NCBI GenBank assembly: GCA_000004985.1 | Contig: GG738864.1 | Direction: 5' to 3' (one strand) | Length of the DNA stretch: 64,000 bases | From: Naegleria gruberi | Taxonomy: Eukaryota | Shown here: piece after piece, positions 61,483 through 64,000 of the stretch | Layout of the letters: each line of letters opens with the position of its first letter | How positions within the stretch are numbered: the first letter of the stretch is position 1 | Program-made: the position numbers and the translations under genes | The notes under the pieces: model-generated | The model's input: the letters and a program-made list of their open reading frames with translations, nothing else | What the model was told of the DNA's origin: nothing | The model's database searches: none

Positions 61483-63321
61483 ATGTCTTTACATGATCAA
61501 GATGCTGACTGCAGTTTGGTAATCATCAATCTTATCGATTTCCGTACAAAAGACAACATGTCCAAAGATGATCAAATTAATATTCAATTTTTATTAGAAA
61601 AATTCAGAAACAAATTTACTAATCAAATGCTCGGGTCTTTACGATACCAGAAAAAGAAACAATTTCTGATTAGAACTCCCTATCCGAGCATCCCTTTGGT
61701 TTTTTATCGTGATCGTGATTTATTTTGTCAAATTCTTGATAAAAATCGACAAATCCAAGATTATCTTTCGTGGTTCATTGTTTGGATGAAAGATTATGAG
61801 ATTATGAAGAAGATTGCCTTGTATAGCACTTTTGCACTTGCAGAATTGTTTTCTGAATTGAAAAAGCATCGAAAGGAGGTGTGGTACAAGGATTTGAGTG
61901 AAGATTTTGAGTTTTGGAAGGAATTTGTTCGACAAGATTCGTATAATTTTGATAGCATTACATTGGCTTCACCAAAAATTCTGGAAAATGTTGGGAAGGT
62001 CAAAGCATTGATTAGTATTCGGCCTGAGTGTTTTTTACATATCAGTAACAAGATGAAAAAGAATACTGAGCTAATTATTGCTGCATGTGAACAATCGGGA
62101 AATTTCTTCAGATATTTACCTTCCTACTTGCTAAAGAAGAAAATGGTATTGAATGCATTAGAGAAGAACACAGATATTGATTTGAAACTCATTCCAGAGA
62201 AAATGTGGGATGCAGAGATTGCACACACTGCTGCCAAATTTAAACCGTACCACTTGCAGGACATTCCTAAAACTTTCGTCACTAGAGAAATTGTCGAGAT
62301 GGCCATTGGACAAGAAGGATTTGGATACGTCTTCCATCAAGTGAAAAATCCAGCTTTAAGGAAAGATGAAGAGTTGTCAATAATTTGTTTGAGAAATGGA
62401 GGAAATTTGGATAATTTGGAAAGATCAGCAATTACTAAGAACATTGCCATGGTCGCTGTTGAAAAAGATGAATATAATTATGTGAGACTTTCAGATGATT
62501 TTAAAAATGATTTGGACATTTGTTTGTCTGTATTGAAAAAGAGTGGATGTGCTCTATACGAAATGTCGGAAGAAATGAAAGCAAATAGACAAATTGCCTT
62601 ACAAGCTGTCAAGACCAGAGCAAGTGCTCTCTACTACCTACCAACTCACTTCCTCACCGATAGAGAAATTGTCCTCCTTGCATTTAGTCATGGTGAACCT
62701 CTTTCATATGATTTCGATTACTATCCACCCTATTACTTCTCTCAAACTCAACTTGCTGAAAGAAGCAATCATGTTCATCAAAGAAAAAACTATCCACCTC
62801 TCATCGAACTCATTCCAAAAGAATTCTTCATCAATGATCGAGAATTGATTCTACAAATGACCAAACAATTTCCACACATTCTTCCCACTGTTCCAAAAGA
62901 TATTATCAATGATAGAGAATTTTGGCAGGATTGTTTGGCAATCAATGGAGATTGCATTGAATTTGCCCCACCAGAATTTAAGAATGATTTTGAATTGTGT
63001 TGCATTGCCTTAAAAAATTATAGAAATTCAATTGTTCATTTTCCTGTTGAAGTTCAATCAGATCCACGAATTTTCAAGTTATTAATGGAAACTGTTCCAC
63101 ATGATAAGAGATTTAGAAATAAGGTTGCTCGAGAACTCAAAGATTTGGTGATTGAGTTCCAATTTGAAAATCGATCCAATGGTACAGCTTCTCAGAACAT
63201 TGGAAAGAGCATTGCAACTATTCCCAATTCAGATTTATACAATAATTCCAAGCTGAAGAAAATGAGGGCACAAGACTTGGAGGATAACTATTTAGGATGT
63301 TATGTTCCAATAAAAGATTGA
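61483..63321 (+). CDS. DUF4116-repeat protein.
   Basis: ATG at 61483 (aaaaaaaATG). Several roughly 45-aa repeats end in ...(I/V)(A/L)..A(V/C)(K/E)..g.aL.Y(L/M) (IIAACEQSGNFFRYLP, IAMVAVEKDEYNYVRL, ICLSVLKKSGCALYEMS, IALQAVKTRASALYYLP, CCIALKNYRNSIVHFP). These match DUF4116 architecture. Confidence 0.55.
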   Translation: MSLHDQDADCSLVIINLIDFRTKDNMSKDDQINIQFLLEKFRNKFTNQMLGSLRYQKKKQFLIRTPYPSIPLVFYRDRDLFCQILDKNRQIQDYLSWFIVWMKDYEIMKKIALYSTFALAELFSELKKHRKEVWYKDLSEDFEFWKEFVRQDSYNFDSITLASPKILENVGKVKALISIRPECFLHISNKMKKNTELIIAACEQSGNFFRYLPSYLLKKKMVLNALEKNTDIDLKLIPEKMWDAEIAHTAAKFKPYHLQDIPKTFVTREIVEMAIGQEGFGYVFHQVKNPALRKDEELSIICLRNGGNLDNLERSAITKNIAMVAVEKDEYNYVRLSDDFKNDLDICLSVLKKSGCALYEMSEEMKANRQIALQAVKTRASALYYLPTHFLTDREIVLLAFSHGEPLSYDFDYYPPYYFSQTQLAERSNHVHQRKNYPPLIELIPKEFFINDRELILQMTKQFPHILPTVPKDIINDREFWQDCLAINGDCIEFAPPEFKNDFELCCIALKNYRNSIVHFPVEVQSDPRIFKLLMETVPHDKRFRNKVARELKDLVIEFQFENRSNGTASQNIGKSIATIPNSDLYNNSKLKKMRAQDLEDNYLGCYVPIKD

Positions 63322-63599
63322 GTTTTGATTTTGAATTCAACACACAAGATTTATTTGAGAGGAAGTGAATGGAATTCTTTCGATTGCTTTTTGGGAGGCT
63401 ATTTGCAAGCAGTATGACTTGTAACAAATCAATACTATCCACATCACTAGTTCCCAATCAAGCTACCGAATAATGCAAGTTACAGTGTAGTTTACATAGT
63501 ATTACTAGAGGGAAATTTACAATTAATTTGGTAGACAATTCAAGCAGACAGCTTCTTAGACAGCCTGGTGAATTGACCAAATTCAAATTTACAAGGGAA

Positions 63600-64000
63600 T
63601 TACTGCTTATTTTCTTGTTGTTGGTTTTGTTGCAAGTAAAGTTGGTATTGTTGTTGTTGATGTTGTTGATAAAGGGCATATTGTTGTTGATACATTGGAT
63701 GCATCAAGATTTGTGCTTGCAAGTTGTGTACCATTTGCTTGAGTTCGGAAATTTCGGCACCTTGTTTTTGTTGTTCTCTGATTAATATCGAGAGCAGAGT
63801 ATTATCTTGATTATTATTTGGTTGCTTGACTGCTACAGTTGTTGTGGAGGAGGAGGATGATTCTGCAGTAGTGGATGAGTGGTGATCATACTTGGCCTTC
63901 TTTAATTGTGGTTGTTGTGGAGTAGAGTCAATCGTGTTTGTGAATAAATCCATTTCATCAAAATCACAACTACCTCCATCCAAAAAGACTTGGTCTTCAT
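63600..64000 (-). CDS. Q-rich protein whose gene runs off the window end (63600..63983 is the in-window ORF span; the ORF track's first residue is not a true start, so a terminal-exon assignment is unverified). Hypothetical.
   Basis: Minus-strand ORF 63600..63983. Its ORF-track translation ends in a Q/Y-rich, coiled-coil-like tail (ISELKQMVHNLQAQIL..QQYALYQQHQQQQYQLYLQQNQQQENKQ). Confidence 0.35.
   Translation of the reverse strand, partial: EDQVFLDGGSCDFDEMDLFTNTIDSTPQQPQLKKAKYDHHSSTTAESSSSSTTTVAVKQPNNNQDNTLLSILIREQQKQGAEISELKQMVHNLQAQILMHPMYQQQYALYQQHQQQQYQLYLQQNQQQENKQ

Noticed and set aside
1-64000. Possibility that the window is prokaryotic or phage (operons, CRISPR arrays, defence islands).
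   Set aside because: Genes are monocistronic on both strands, with GT-AG introns (some confirmed by conserved protein junctions) and A-rich Kozak-like contexts. Eukaryote-specific domains are present (RING, BTB, Kelch, RGS, Zn2Cys6, BRCT), as are Pol III 5S/tRNA genes. No direct-repeat/spacer arrays were seen.

Overview
This is a eukaryotic nuclear window, not a prokaryotic one. It is about 65-68% AT, with A-rich 'aaaaATG' start contexts and many poly-N/Q/S low-complexity tracts in proteins. Spliceosomal introns are very short (37-120 nt, GTAAGT/GTATGT...AG), and the Pol III genes have oligo-T terminators. These traits, together with the 3' half of the 5S sequence, resemble what I recall for dictyostelid/amoebozoan genomes; that identification is inference. 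The six-frame ORF track is stop-to-stop and its first residue is not always a true ATG, so starts below were re-derived by hand. Coordinates I derived manually (splice junctions, start codons) may be off by a few nt.

The window holds about 38 protein-coding genes on both strands. It also holds three dispersed 5S rRNA genes on the minus strand (21002-21119, 36470-36587, 48095-48212) and one tRNA-Ala(UGC) at 59240-59312. Recognisable products include:
- DNA ligase IV (three exons)
- uracil-DNA glycosylase carrying two N-terminal zf-GRF fingers
- an inositol 5-phosphatase
- an IUNH-type nucleoside hydrolase
- a BBE-like FAD oxidase
- two SDR-family proteins
- a 2OG-Fe(II) oxygenase
- a GGCT-like enzyme
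- a dual-specificity phosphatase
- a probable GH44-like glycosidase
- an MRH-domain membrane receptor
- a Zn2Cys6 transcription factor
- several F-box/LRR (RNI-like) proteins
- a DUF4116-repeat protein
- a RING-TRAF-BTB-pentapeptide-TLDc protein

The most unusual loci are:
1. A receptor-like RGS protein at 44890-47430. Its input module looks bacterial (TM, extracellular sensor domain, TM, HAMP, PAS) and its output is a eukaryotic RGS domain.
2. A Kelch beta-propeller / F-box / Rac-type GTPase fusion at 18496-20816. Its GTPase core is split by 10, 13 and 20 nt micro-exons.
3. A protein at 15553-18456 combining an F-box-like motif, a Pol-beta-type nucleotidyltransferase-like motif and an SDR domain.
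4. An orphan DNA-ligase OB-fold gene fragment at 3924-4478, flanked by a roughly 300 bp diverged direct repeat.
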